A stretch of DNA of 64,000 nt, taken from positions 12,672 to 76,671 of the forward strand of contig CAIMVG010000008.1 of assembly GCA_903844845.1 (NCBI GenBank), given 5' to 3'. This stretch comes from an uncultured Dehalococcoidia bacterium (GTDB taxonomy: Bacteria > Chloroflexota > Dehalococcoidia > Dehalococcoidales > UBA1222). Below, piece by piece: positions 50,518 to 59,966 of this stretch (position 1 is its first letter; each line of letters opens with the position of its first letter). Both the position numbers and the translations under genes were made by a program. The notes beneath the pieces are model-generated. The model saw nothing but the letters and a program-made list of their open reading frames with translations, had not been told where the DNA came from and searched no databases.

Positions 50518-51326
50518 TGGCATCAGACGAAGAGAAAACCCCGGCAACGGAACCAGAGGCGACGGATAACAAAGCCAGATTCGATTATGGAAAGTGGCTG
50601 CGCAACATCGCGATAATCGGGGTGCTGGCAGGCATTTATCTGATCGTTTATTACAACAATGCCGAATTTAGATTCAATATACACCAGATCGCCGATATCC
50701 TGTCGCACCTGGACCTGCAGCGCCTGAAGTTTTACCTGCTGCATTTCGGCGTATGGGCCCCGGTCATATCCGCCCTCATCATGATGTTCCAATCTGTCGC
50801 CGCGCCACTGCCCGCCTTCGTGGTAACGCTGACCAACGGCCTGCTCTTCGGCGCATTCTGGGGCACGCTGCTTTCCTGGAGTTCCTCGATGGCCGGTGCG
50901 GTTTTGTGCTTTTATATCGCACGCTGGGCCGGCCGCCCCGCCGCCGAACGTATCGTCAGCAAACGCGCGCTCAATTATGTCGACCGGTTTTTTAAACGCT
51001 ACGGCAACAATGCGATCATACTCACCAGGCTCATGCCGTTCGTCTCTTTCGATGCCGTCAGCTATGCGGCAGGCCTTACCTCTATGTCATTCTGGGGATT
51101 CTTCTGGGCCAGCGCCATCGGGGAACTGCCTGCCACGATAGTATATTCCGTATTCGGCCAGAATATGCCCACAATCATCAAGTTCTGGTTCTGGGCCATC
51201 CTCGGGGTATTATCCCTTGTCGTGCTGACGCTAACAGTGAAGAAAGCCATCGATACCCGCATAGCCAACAAACAGAAAAAAGAGACAACTTCAGCCGGCG
51301 TGACCGAGACAGGCCCCGCGGCCTGA
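50517..51326 (+). CDS. TVP38/TMEM64 (DedA-superfamily, SNARE-associated) membrane protein
   Basis: ARWAGRPAAERIVSKRALNYVDRFFKRYGNNAIILTRLMPFVSFDAVSYAAGLT. The start overlaps the rSAM stop (TAATG). Confidence 0.85.
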   Translation: MASDEEKTPATEPEATDNKARFDYGKWLRNIAIIGVLAGIYLIVYYNNAEFRFNIHQIADILSHLDLQRLKFYLLHFGVWAPVISALIMMFQSVAAPLPAFVVTLTNGLLFGAFWGTLLSWSSSMAGAVLCFYIARWAGRPAAERIVSKRALNYVDRFFKRYGNNAIILTRLMPFVSFDAVSYAAGLTSMSFWGFFWASAIGELPATIVYSVFGQNMPTIIKFWFWAILGVLSLVVLTLTVKKAIDTRIANKQKKETTSAGVTETGPAA

Positions 51327-51345
51327 AACTCAAAATGATACAGGC

Positions 51346-52146
51346 ATGATTCATGTGTCAAACAGTAAAAGCGGGGGGGAGGCAGACCATCCCCGGGCCG
51401 ACGAGTCGAGGTTTCATTTCAGGTTAAACCTTTCTGTTCTGGCCGGTTTCACCCTGGCTTTTGTATTGCTTTACTTTTTGTGGGGGGATTTCGGCTGGGG
51501 AGTGCGCCACGTGACCTCCGAAATCGTGCACGGCGACCTTCAAGGCCTTAAAACTTACCTGCTGTCCTTCGGCGCCTGGGCACCCGTGGTTGCCGGACTC
51601 GTCATGGTGCTCCAGGCCGTGGTGGCGCCCCTGCCCGCCTTTGTGCCCGCCATGGCCAACGGACTCCTGTTCGGTGCCTTCTGGGGGACGCTGCTTACAT
51701 GGGCCACCTCCATAACCGGCGGCCTGATATGCTTTTACATAGCCCGTGCGCTGGGACGCCCGGCCGTGGAAAGGCTGGTGAGCCGCCGCGCCATGAACTC
51801 GGTGGATCGCTTCTTCAAACGCTACGGGAACAACTCCGTCCTGGTGGCGAGGCTTATCCCACTCTTCTCTTTCAGCGCCATCAGCTATGTCTCGGGGGTG
51901 ACCGCCATCGATTTTTGGGGCTATTTTTGGGCGACCGCCATCGGTATCCTGCCGGGCACTATAGTCTTCTGCGTGCTGGGCAACAATATGACCAGCCTCG
52001 TGCGCTTTGCCTGGTACGGCGTGACCGGCATCGCAGCCCTCATCGTGCTTGGTTTCAGCGTTAAACAAGCTTTGAACCGGCGATTGGCCGACCGTGAAAA
52101 AGGTGCGGAAGTTTCGCTCGAAAACAAACCCGCCCGGAAATCATAG
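51346..52146 (+). CDS. TVP38/TMEM64 (DedA-superfamily) membrane protein, paralogue of the upstream gene
   Basis: ARALGRPAVERLVSRRAMNSVDRFFKRYGNNSVLVARLIPLFSFSAISYVSGVT. Collinear with the previous gene. Confidence 0.85.
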   Translation: MIHVSNSKSGGEADHPRADESRFHFRLNLSVLAGFTLAFVLLYFLWGDFGWGVRHVTSEIVHGDLQGLKTYLLSFGAWAPVVAGLVMVLQAVVAPLPAFVPAMANGLLFGAFWGTLLTWATSITGGLICFYIARALGRPAVERLVSRRAMNSVDRFFKRYGNNSVLVARLIPLFSFSAISYVSGVTAIDFWGYFWATAIGILPGTIVFCVLGNNMTSLVRFAWYGVTGIAALIVLGFSVKQALNRRLADREKGAEVSLENKPARKS

Positions 52147-52163
52147 ACAAGTAGTGCTGCGCA

Positions 52164-52841
52164 ATGCTTATCAGCGTGATTATCCCCGTTCTCAACGAAG
52201 CCAGGACACTGGCCAAAACCCTGAAAACAGTTGATGCCTTGCCCGGCGACAAAGAGGTCATCGTGGTGGACGGGGGCAGTTCCGACAAGACCGTTGCGGT
52301 AGCCGAAAAATACTCCCGCGTACTCAACAGCGACCGGGGGCGGGCCATCCAAATGAACGCCGGAGCGGCGGCGGGCAGAGGGGAGGTTCTCCTCTTTTTA
52401 CACGCCGACACGCTTCTGCCCCCGGATGCGCTGCAAGCGATCGAAACCAGCCTTAAAGACGAATTCGTGGCCGGCGGCCGTTTCCGGTTAAAACTCAGCA
52501 ACCCGGGCTGGCGTTACCGCCTCGTGGGGTGGAGCATCAATACCCGCGACCGGATCCTGGGCGGGTTCACCGGCGACCAGGCGATTTTCGTGCGCAAAGA
52601 CGTGTTCAATGCCATCGGAGGATACCCGCAGATACCTCTTATGGAAGATCTGGAGTTCGGGAGGAGGATGCAGCAGGCGGGCGGGGTTTTACGCCTCCGG
52701 CAGAGGGTCATCACTTCCTCCCGGCGCTGGGAAAAACACGGAGTGCTGAAAACCGTATTCCTCATGGGGATGCTGCGCACGCTTTATTACGTGAATTTCC
52801 CGCCTTCCAGACTCCGCCGCTGGTATAATGACGCGAGATGA
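52164..52841 (+). CDS. Family-2 glycosyltransferase (rSAM/selenodomain-associated transferase-2-like)
   Basis: ISVIIPVLNE...VIVVDGGSSDKT...RAIQMNAGA...LLFLHADTLLP. Confidence 0.8.
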   Translation: MLISVIIPVLNEARTLAKTLKTVDALPGDKEVIVVDGGSSDKTVAVAEKYSRVLNSDRGRAIQMNAGAAAGRGEVLLFLHADTLLPPDALQAIETSLKDEFVAGGRFRLKLSNPGWRYRLVGWSINTRDRILGGFTGDQAIFVRKDVFNAIGGYPQIPLMEDLEFGRRMQQAGGVLRLRQRVITSSRRWEKHGVLKTVFLMGMLRTLYYVNFPPSRLRRWYNDAR

Positions 52842-53542
52842 ATAATGCGGCCCTGGTATTGATGGCGCGCGCGCCCGAAGAAGGCAAAGTGAAGACCCGC
52901 CTGCAGCCGGCCCTCACTCCCGCACAGTGCACCAGCCTTTACAAGGCGTTTCTGGGGGATGCTATCGCCCTGACCGCATACATACAAGAGTTTACCCCTT
53001 TCATGGCCTATACGCCGGTCTCGAGCGCTGCCATTTTTGAACAGCTCGCGCCCCCCGGCATGGAACTCCTTCCTCAAAGGGGCGACGGCCTCGGCGCTGT
53101 GATGGACAACATTATAAACGGCCTGCTCTCGCGGGGTTTCCCCCGGGTCGTTCTTATCGGCAGCGACATCCCGGCCCTTCAACCGCAGACGGTGCGGCGT
53201 TCCCTGGCCCTGCTGGAAAAATCCGATGTATGCCTGGGCCCGTCCCGCGACGGCGGCTACTACCTCATCGGAGCCCAAAAGCAGGTCAGCGCGCTATTTC
53301 AAGACGTGCCATGGAGCACTCCTCGCGTATTAAAGGTGACGCTCGACAGGGCGAAACAGGCGGGTTTGAGCGTCGAACTGCTGGAGGAGATGGGAGACGT
53401 GGACGTTCCGAAAAATCTCGAAATGCTCTCAAACGAAATCGCGGCCCTGCGCAGGTCAAAGGGCAGCCGCATACCGGAGAAAACAGAGACCTGGCTCAAA
53501 AATAACTACCTTGACTTTAAAGAAGGGCCGGGCTCTCTTTGA
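52838..53542 (+). CDS. DUF2064 nucleotidyl/glycosyl-transferase-like protein (rSAM/selenodomain-associated transferase-1-like)
   Basis: LVLMARAPEEGKVKTRL...LYKAFLGD...VLIGSDIP...GPSRDGGYYLIG. 4-nt overlaps on both sides. Confidence 0.8.
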   Translation: MNNAALVLMARAPEEGKVKTRLQPALTPAQCTSLYKAFLGDAIALTAYIQEFTPFMAYTPVSSAAIFEQLAPPGMELLPQRGDGLGAVMDNIINGLLSRGFPRVVLIGSDIPALQPQTVRRSLALLEKSDVCLGPSRDGGYYLIGAQKQVSALFQDVPWSTPRVLKVTLDRAKQAGLSVELLEEMGDVDVPKNLEMLSNEIAALRRSKGSRIPEKTETWLKNNYLDFKEGPGSL

Positions 53543-54123
53543 ACCTGGCCCTGTGGCTGACCCTATCGAGGTTCGTGATGCTGCCGCTGGCGGTTTTGCC
53601 CTTAGCGTTGGGGTGGCGCGACGGCGGCTTCATCGCGGCCGTCGTGACACAACTGGCCGGGTTGACCGATTTCGCCGACGGCATCGTAGCGCGAAAAATG
53701 GGGCAAACTACCCCACTGGGCACCAACCTGGATTTTTTCAGCGACAAAGTTTACGTGGGAGCCATGCTGGTGACGCTGGCTTCGCTCGGCTCGGTCCCCG
53801 CGTGGGTGCCCATAGTCATCATCGCACGTGAAGCGGCCGTGACGGGGCTGCGCTTCAAGCGATTCGGCTGGCTCACCCCATCGCCGGACCTGCCGGGCAA
53901 GCTAAAAACGATGGTGTCATTTGCGGCCATCATGTGGGTATCGATGCGGCATGATTTGAATTCCCTGGGCGCGATGTCCTCCCTAAATACCCGTTTCAAT
54001 GTCGCGGGGATACTATCGGCGGCCCCGTGGGTCGTCTATGCCGCAGTGGCGCTCACCATTATTTCGGGCATCAATTATTTCATCCAGTTCGGGGACAGGA
54101 CAAAAGGCGTGGCTCATAAATAA
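53539..54123 (+). CDS. CDP-alcohol phosphatidyltransferase
   Basis: DFADGIVARKMGQTTPLGTNLDFFSDKV matches D-x2-DG-x2-AR-x8-G-x3-D-x3-D. Polytopic. TTG start. Confidence 0.85.
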   Translation: MNLALWLTLSRFVMLPLAVLPLALGWRDGGFIAAVVTQLAGLTDFADGIVARKMGQTTPLGTNLDFFSDKVYVGAMLVTLASLGSVPAWVPIVIIAREAAVTGLRFKRFGWLTPSPDLPGKLKTMVSFAAIMWVSMRHDLNSLGAMSSLNTRFNVAGILSAAPWVVYAAVALTIISGINYFIQFGDRTKGVAHK

Positions 54124-54140
54124 ACGAGAAAGGGAAACAA

Positions 54141-54617
54141 ATGTTTAAATCGATGCGCTATTTCATACTCGTGTCGCAGGTACTTGCAGCTTTACTTTTT
54201 ACGATCATGCCGGGATGTAAAAGCCAGGCGACCGACTCGAACCTGGGGTTCCAGGTGGCACCGCGGGCCGAGGACGCCGTAATTTCACTGTACCTGATGC
54301 CGCGCGATACCGCCGGGAACATCATCAGCGAGAACGGGATGCTGAGCGTCAAGATGTGGGAAAAAACGAGTTCCAACCCGCCTGCCACCGGCGCGCTCAT
54401 CGGTAAATGGGACAACCTCGACCTGAGCGATCTTACATTTTCGACCGGTAAAGGAACCCTGGTAAACCTGGCGCCCAACGACGCCTTCATGGGCAAGACG
54501 GGACAGGTGGCCTACATCGAATTAAATATAACCGGCAAGGGGAATGCCGGCCCCGCGACAGGCATCGTCATTTTGGGAGACCTGCCGGCGTGCTGCGGTT
54601 CGGGACAGGCCGGTTAG
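54141..54617 (+). CDS. Lipoprotein with C-terminal CCGSG tail, unknown function
   Basis: Lipobox IMPGC. Ends ...GDLPACCGSGQAG. Lies 17 nt after the transferase gene. Confidence 0.6.
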   Translation: MFKSMRYFILVSQVLAALLFTIMPGCKSQATDSNLGFQVAPRAEDAVISLYLMPRDTAGNIISENGMLSVKMWEKTSSNPPATGALIGKWDNLDLSDLTFSTGKGTLVNLAPNDAFMGKTGQVAYIELNITGKGNAGPATGIVILGDLPACCGSGQAG

Positions 54618-54674
54618 GATGTGACGATCACGTCAGCATGCTAAAATAGTTGAAAATCACCTTACGGAGGCCAC

Positions 54675-55190
54675 ATGGACTTTTCCGAAATCATCAAAAA
54701 ACGCTATAGCGCCCGCGCATACCGCCCTGACGCCGTGGAGCAAGAGAAATTGGATGCCGTTCTGGAAGCGGCCCGGGTGGCGCCGACCGCTGCCAGCCGC
54801 CAGCCTTTCAAGATAATCGTAATCCACACCAAAGGGCGGCAGGAAGAGCTCAGCCGCCTTTATCCTGCACGCTGGTTCACCCAGGCGCCACTGCTTATCT
54901 GCATCTGTGTTACACCTGATAGCGCCTGGCTGAGGCGCGACCATAAAAACTACGCCGACGTGGACGCTGCCATCGTTATGGACCACCTGATCCTGGCGGC
55001 CACCGAACAGGGCCTCGGCACCTGCTGGGTGGCGGCTTTCGACCCGGCGGCGGCACGGGAGATACTGGCATTGCCCGCCGGCGTCGAACCCATAGTTTTC
55101 ACACCATTGGGCTATGCCGCCGATTCTGCCGGAACCAAATTACGACGCCCCCTGGCCGATCTTGTTTGTTATGAAAAGTGGCAGGGATAA
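54675..55190 (+). CDS. Nitroreductase-family flavoprotein
   Basis: IIKKRYSARAYRPD...LEAARVAPTAASRQPF. Confidence 0.85.
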   Translation: MDFSEIIKKRYSARAYRPDAVEQEKLDAVLEAARVAPTAASRQPFKIIVIHTKGRQEELSRLYPARWFTQAPLLICICVTPDSAWLRRDHKNYADVDAAIVMDHLILAATEQGLGTCWVAAFDPAAAREILALPAGVEPIVFTPLGYAADSAGTKLRRPLADLVCYEKWQG

Positions 55191-55305
55191 TACTTAAATA
55201 ATTTGGTGCTTCGTAACCCAAACAGGGCAGCGCTTCGCCGATATCAGGCACGACCAGAGATTCGCCCTCCATCACCATTGTGCTGACCTTAAAAATCTGA
55301 TTTGT

Positions 55306-58300
55306 TTAATTGAACGGGAAGGAGAAGCGGTACTCCGTGCCGTTCGTCCGGTTAAGCTCCAGTATTCCGCCCAGTTGATTCTCCACCAGGGTCTTGATAA
55401 GCACCATCCCCAATGAATTTGTGCTGCCGATAGTTAACCCTTCCGGCAAGCCCACCCCGTTGTCCCCCAGCGCCATCTCGATATGGTCTTCTATCTTTCG
55501 CATGATGACGTGGATCTGGCCTGTTTGACCGGGAGGGAAGGCGTATTTCAGCGAGTTGGTTATCACTTCGTTGATGATAAGCCCGCACGGCACGGCAAAA
55601 TCCAGCCCGAGTTCGATGTCCGTGACATCAATGAGTGTCGTGATAGTTTCAGTGCCGGAATTGTAGGCCTTGACCAGGCTGTTGACCAGGTCTCTCACGT
55701 ACTCGTTGAAGGATATATTGGCCAGGTCGGCCGACTGGTAAAGCTTGTTATACACCAGTGCCATGGAGTGGATGCGCCGCTGGCTTTCCATGAACATGAC
55801 TGCATCTTCTTCATTTTTGATAAATCCTGATTGCAATTGGAGCAGGCTTGATATCACCTGCATGTTGTTCTTGACGCGGTGATGTATCTCTTTGAGGATG
55901 ATTTCTTTTTCCGCCAGGGAAGCTTTTATTTTGCGTTCAGCTCCCTTGCGATCCGAAATATCGCGAACCACGGCCTGAAATATATCATCGGGGGATCCGA
56001 TTTTACGCACGCTGAGTTCAACATCTATCTCCGTACCGTCTTTCTTCCTGAACCTGGAATCAAACCTGACTGAACCTGTCCTGGACAGCGTATCAAAGGC
56101 GATTTCGGCATCTGCGACAAAATCCGGGGGATGATAGCTGATGGTAGGCATCGCAATCAGTTCCTCACGGCTGTATCCGAGCATTGCCATGGCCTGCCGG
56201 TTCACATCAAGCATATGGCCCTTGTCATCGTGGATGAAGATGGCATCGTTGGATTGCTCGAACAACGCCTGGAATCGCTGACCGCTGAGCCGTATGGCTT
56301 CCTGGGCCTCTTTTTGAGGCGTGATATCACGCATTATCATCCCCAGCATTTTGCGGTCAGAGGTTTGAATAACGAATGAAGACTCCTGCACCGTTTTCGT
56401 ACCACCTTCAGGGAGCTGTATCTGCCGCTCCGATGACTGACCTGACCATGTAGAACCCCCATACAATAGCTTGTAAATCCCGTTTCTTATGGACGTGGAA
56501 AGCTCTGGAGTCTTTGCATTATCAGGAAGCAAAAGAAATTGCATCTCCCAAAGGGGCCGGCCGATAGCATGGTCCCCGCTGATACCCGAGATGCCTGTCT
56601 GCGCACGATTCCATTCAGTTACGATACCGTTTCCATCGCACAGAATAATCCCATCTGCCGACTGTTCGATAAGGCTGCGGTACTTCCCTTCGCTTTTCCG
56701 CCTGGCTTCCTCCGCCTGTTTGTTCGCGGTGACATCATGGATGACGCCGAAAACCACGTTCCTGCCCGAATCGAACTCGGCCTTTGAACGGATATCCAGG
56801 ATTATACCGTCAGCCTCACGTCTGATTTTATACTCGACGTCGAAGGGTTCGTTGGATTTGACCAAAGCGTTCAACGCTTTATCAAGCATCTCCCTGTATT
56901 CAGGCAATCTGCAATTTTGGACATCCTGCAGGCTCAACGCTTCGCCATGCAACCCGTAAATATCCTGCGCCCCTTCCGAAGCAGTCATAATGGCTTTCGA
57001 CAGGTCAAGTTCCCAGTTACCGAAATTTGCCACCTTTTCGGCCCTGGCTAACCGATCTTGGCTTTGTTTTATGGCTTCTTCTGCTTTCTTGCGTCCGGTG
57101 ATATCGTGCACAACGGTATAACGGTATCTTTTGTCCTGAACAGTGATATTCTCTGCCGACAGCAGTACGCTCTTGATATCACCGTTTTTGGCCCTTAATT
57201 CCGCCTCGATGTTAGACATTGTGCCATCGGGGGACATCTTCAGGCGCAGGGCTTGATTATCTTCGGGTTTCAGGATGCCCAACTCGGCGGCTGATTTGCC
57301 GATAACCTCATCGGGGCTAAAACCGAGCAAGGTGTGAAAAGCTTCATTCACCTCGATATATTTCCCGGTCACAATATCGCTCAGCCCGCTGGCAGAAGGG
57401 TTGAGATAGAACACTTTGGAGAACTTCTCTTCGGATAATTTGATCTGCGAGATATCCTTCGATACCCAGAAGATGACCGGCTTGCCGTCCCAGGTCCCGT
57501 GCGACACCCTGGTTTCCACGGGTATCTGCATACCGGATTTTGTAACGACAGGAACGGAACCATGCCGGGTTGTACCGTTCAACATCCCATCGATTATCCC
57601 GGCGGATTCTTCGCGGCGTTCGGGAGGATGAACCATCAGAACCGGTTGTCCGGCAAGCTCTGGTTCGGTGTATACGAGACGTTCGATAACGGTAGAATTG
57701 GTGTGGATGATATCGCCATGTTCGTCAAGAACAAAGAGGAATTCATCGATGGTGTTAAAAAAAGTTTCGTAATTTTGACGGGTTTGCCATAGTGCTGCTT
57801 CCGCGTTCCCGCGTATAGTTATCTCTTGTTCCAGTTTGTCGCGGGATACGAGGTTTTCCTTTAGTTGCCCCGCCATAGCGGCGATCGAACGGGCCAGCCG
57901 GCCTATTTCACCCTTATTGGTGATATTTACATCGTAATCCAGATTACCTTTGCCGATTTCAACCGCGGCATTCTGCAATCGGCGAAGCGGGCGTGTGATG
58001 CCGATAACCAGTAAACACGTAAGAATACTTGCCGAGAGAATGATTAAAGCAGTCGCCATGACGGAATTTTGCGTCAAGGTTTTGAGCAACGAAAAGGCCG
58101 CAGCGCTTGGTGTGACGACGATCACGCCCCAGGGCAACCCCGGGACAGTGGCATAACCGGTTATGACCATCTCTCCACTGCTGTTTTTAGTCTCTATAGC
58201 CCCGCTTTCACCCGCCAATAACCGGGCAGTTGCTTCATTATTCCCTGAGACTGGCGTCATTATTCGTGTTGGATCGGGATGTGCGATAATCACACCGCCC

Positions 58301-58947
58301 CCACGGGTATCTACCAGTGCAGTACGGGCGGAATTCCCGTAATCTACGTTCACAATCATCTCAGACAACCTGGAGAGAGAAATAATACCGGTTAGCACAC
58401 CCACGACCTGCCCATCGATGCCCAGAATCGGGACAGAATATGGTATGGTGGGTTCCCCGGTGAGCGGTGAAACAACCGGAACGCCCAGATAGGGCAGGCC
58501 TGTAGAGATAACCTTTTGGAACCAATCGCGGTCAGAAAACGACTGGCCGATGTCAGCTGCGTTTTTTATGCTGTCCGCCGTCTGTATCCCTTTTGCATCG
58601 AATACAGAAAGGTTTTCCAGAGTTGATTGAACAGCGAGGGACTGGGCAAGCAAGGGTTGAAGAGTCTCAGGAGTATCGTTAAGAATTGCTGCGGTGAGAT
58701 CCGGGTGATCAGCTAACTCCCGTATATCTCCCTGAACCGAGGCCATATACTCAAACGTGAAATTGGCTGCCAATTCAGCATGAGACAGATTACTTTTAAA
58801 ATTATCCTGGCGGATGGAATCACGGCTGAGATTGATTGTTGTGATAGCCTGAATACCGCCAGTCAGCAAAACCAAAATCACCACCAAACTGAGCAGCTGG
58901 AACCCGAGGCTGAAGCGAAAAGCGAAAAGTTGAGTGTGTTTTACCAC
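55306..58947 (-). CDS. Large sensor histidine kinase (Cache-like periplasmic domain, HAMP, multiple PAS, HisKA_2, HATPase_c)
   Basis: N-terminal TM helix, about 260-aa extracytoplasmic domain and second TM. HAMP, then at least 5 PAS modules. H-box EIHHRVKNNMQVISSLL. The C-terminal 200 aa are paralogous to 31734-34385. Confidence 0.9.
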   Translation of the reverse strand: MVKHTQLFAFRFSLGFQLLSLVVILVLLTGGIQAITTINLSRDSIRQDNFKSNLSHAELAANFTFEYMASVQGDIRELADHPDLTAAILNDTPETLQPLLAQSLAVQSTLENLSVFDAKGIQTADSIKNAADIGQSFSDRDWFQKVISTGLPYLGVPVVSPLTGEPTIPYSVPILGIDGQVVGVLTGIISLSRLSEMIVNVDYGNSARTALVDTRGGGVIIAHPDPTRIMTPVSGNNEATARLLAGESGAIETKNSSGEMVITGYATVPGLPWGVIVVTPSAAAFSLLKTLTQNSVMATALIILSASILTCLLVIGITRPLRRLQNAAVEIGKGNLDYDVNITNKGEIGRLARSIAAMAGQLKENLVSRDKLEQEITIRGNAEAALWQTRQNYETFFNTIDEFLFVLDEHGDIIHTNSTVIERLVYTEPELAGQPVLMVHPPERREESAGIIDGMLNGTTRHGSVPVVTKSGMQIPVETRVSHGTWDGKPVIFWVSKDISQIKLSEEKFSKVFYLNPSASGLSDIVTGKYIEVNEAFHTLLGFSPDEVIGKSAAELGILKPEDNQALRLKMSPDGTMSNIEAELRAKNGDIKSVLLSAENITVQDKRYRYTVVHDITGRKKAEEAIKQSQDRLARAEKVANFGNWELDLSKAIMTASEGAQDIYGLHGEALSLQDVQNCRLPEYREMLDKALNALVKSNEPFDVEYKIRREADGIILDIRSKAEFDSGRNVVFGVIHDVTANKQAEEARRKSEGKYRSLIEQSADGIILCDGNGIVTEWNRAQTGISGISGDHAIGRPLWEMQFLLLPDNAKTPELSTSIRNGIYKLLYGGSTWSGQSSERQIQLPEGGTKTVQESSFVIQTSDRKMLGMIMRDITPQKEAQEAIRLSGQRFQALFEQSNDAIFIHDDKGHMLDVNRQAMAMLGYSREELIAMPTISYHPPDFVADAEIAFDTLSRTGSVRFDSRFRKKDGTEIDVELSVRKIGSPDDIFQAVVRDISDRKGAERKIKASLAEKEIILKEIHHRVKNNMQVISSLLQLQSGFIKNEEDAVMFMESQRRIHSMALVYNKLYQSADLANISFNEYVRDLVNSLVKAYNSGTETITTLIDVTDIELGLDFAVPCGLIINEVITNSLKYAFPPGQTGQIHVIMRKIEDHIEMALGDNGVGLPEGLTIGSTNSLGMVLIKTLVENQLGGILELNRTNGTEYRFSFPFN

Positions 58948-59432
58948 TTCTAAGTTGCCTTTTGTGCCGAATAACTTCTATTTTTAGCCACTATATGTCC
59001 TACTCAGGTTTTCGCACTAAACAGCAATATATCGACATGAAGCCTTCTCCGGCCTCTCGAAAGTACATCAATCGAAGCAAGCCGAGCGGATTGGTCGGCT
59101 TTTGCGGCAGGCCCGCCTCTGCGGAAAAGTTCCCCTCCGCCTGCCGTCGCAGCCTGGCGGTGCCGCTTTGTGAATTATCTGTAGTGGCCAAATCGAGATG
59201 CCTCAGTTTTATTGACCGGATTACCCCCTTTGAGGTTCAATAACCAGCGATGATAACGCAACATTCAAGAATTGTGAAGATAATAAAGCTTTAGTTATTG
59301 ACCCTTTTGGGCCATTGTTAAACGCACCAGCAAGGCAGGAAATGGATTTGGACCGATTCCGGTTAACCCAAAAGCAGGCATTACTCTGATTTCCTGCGAA
59401 TCAATGCCCGGGCAGATCTATTTTGATTGTAA

Positions 59433-59840
59433 TTACTTCAGCCCGTTTTTATTAAAGAAAGCGCTGTACTTTTTGTCGGTGCCCTTGATATGATTTTGCA
59501 GCCATTCGCTCAGGAATGACATGACTTCCAGTGAAAGCCCCACCTTGTCCGACTGAAAATCCGCCTTAAAAGAACCGACCTTTTCGATAAAAGCGCAGTG
59601 TTCTTTTTTATGACTCATGGTATAGGGGTATTGATATGTTTCGAAATATTTTTCTTCAGTCCCAAAATGGACAACCGTGTAGGACACGAGTTCATTGAGT
59701 ATCCTTGTTAACACTGTTTTGCCCCTGGCCTGCAACATGGCTTCGTTCAGATCATTGATCAGCGCCACCAGTTTCTGGTGCTGTAAATCTATCTCAACGA
59801 CGCCTACGCTGAAACTGTCGTTCCATTTGATAAGAGCCAT
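59433..59840 (-). CDS. Bacteriohemerythrin
   Basis: IKWNDSFSVGVVEIDLQHQKL...HFGTEEKYF...HKKEH...WLQNHIKGTDKKY. ATG at 59840 is 6 nt after GGAG. Confidence 0.85.
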   Translation of the reverse strand: MALIKWNDSFSVGVVEIDLQHQKLVALINDLNEAMLQARGKTVLTRILNELVSYTVVHFGTEEKYFETYQYPYTMSHKKEHCAFIEKVGSFKADFQSDKVGLSLEVMSFLSEWLQNHIKGTDKKYSAFFNKNGLK

Positions 59841-59966
59841 ATGTTTCTCCATCCCCCGTTGCGGCCGCACGTTCTGGCGCAATCAAGTTTTGATATGGGA
59901 TTGTATGCTTGAATGTTTAACTCTGAAAGGAACTGGGGGTCGGATTATTTGACCCACAGGTATCAA

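Noticed and set aside
58962-59243. 93-aa plus-strand ORF in the kinase-hemerythrin gap.
   Set aside because: The composition is Arg/Ser/Cys-rich and not protein-like. There is no RBS, and the ORF overlaps GC-rich stem-loops.
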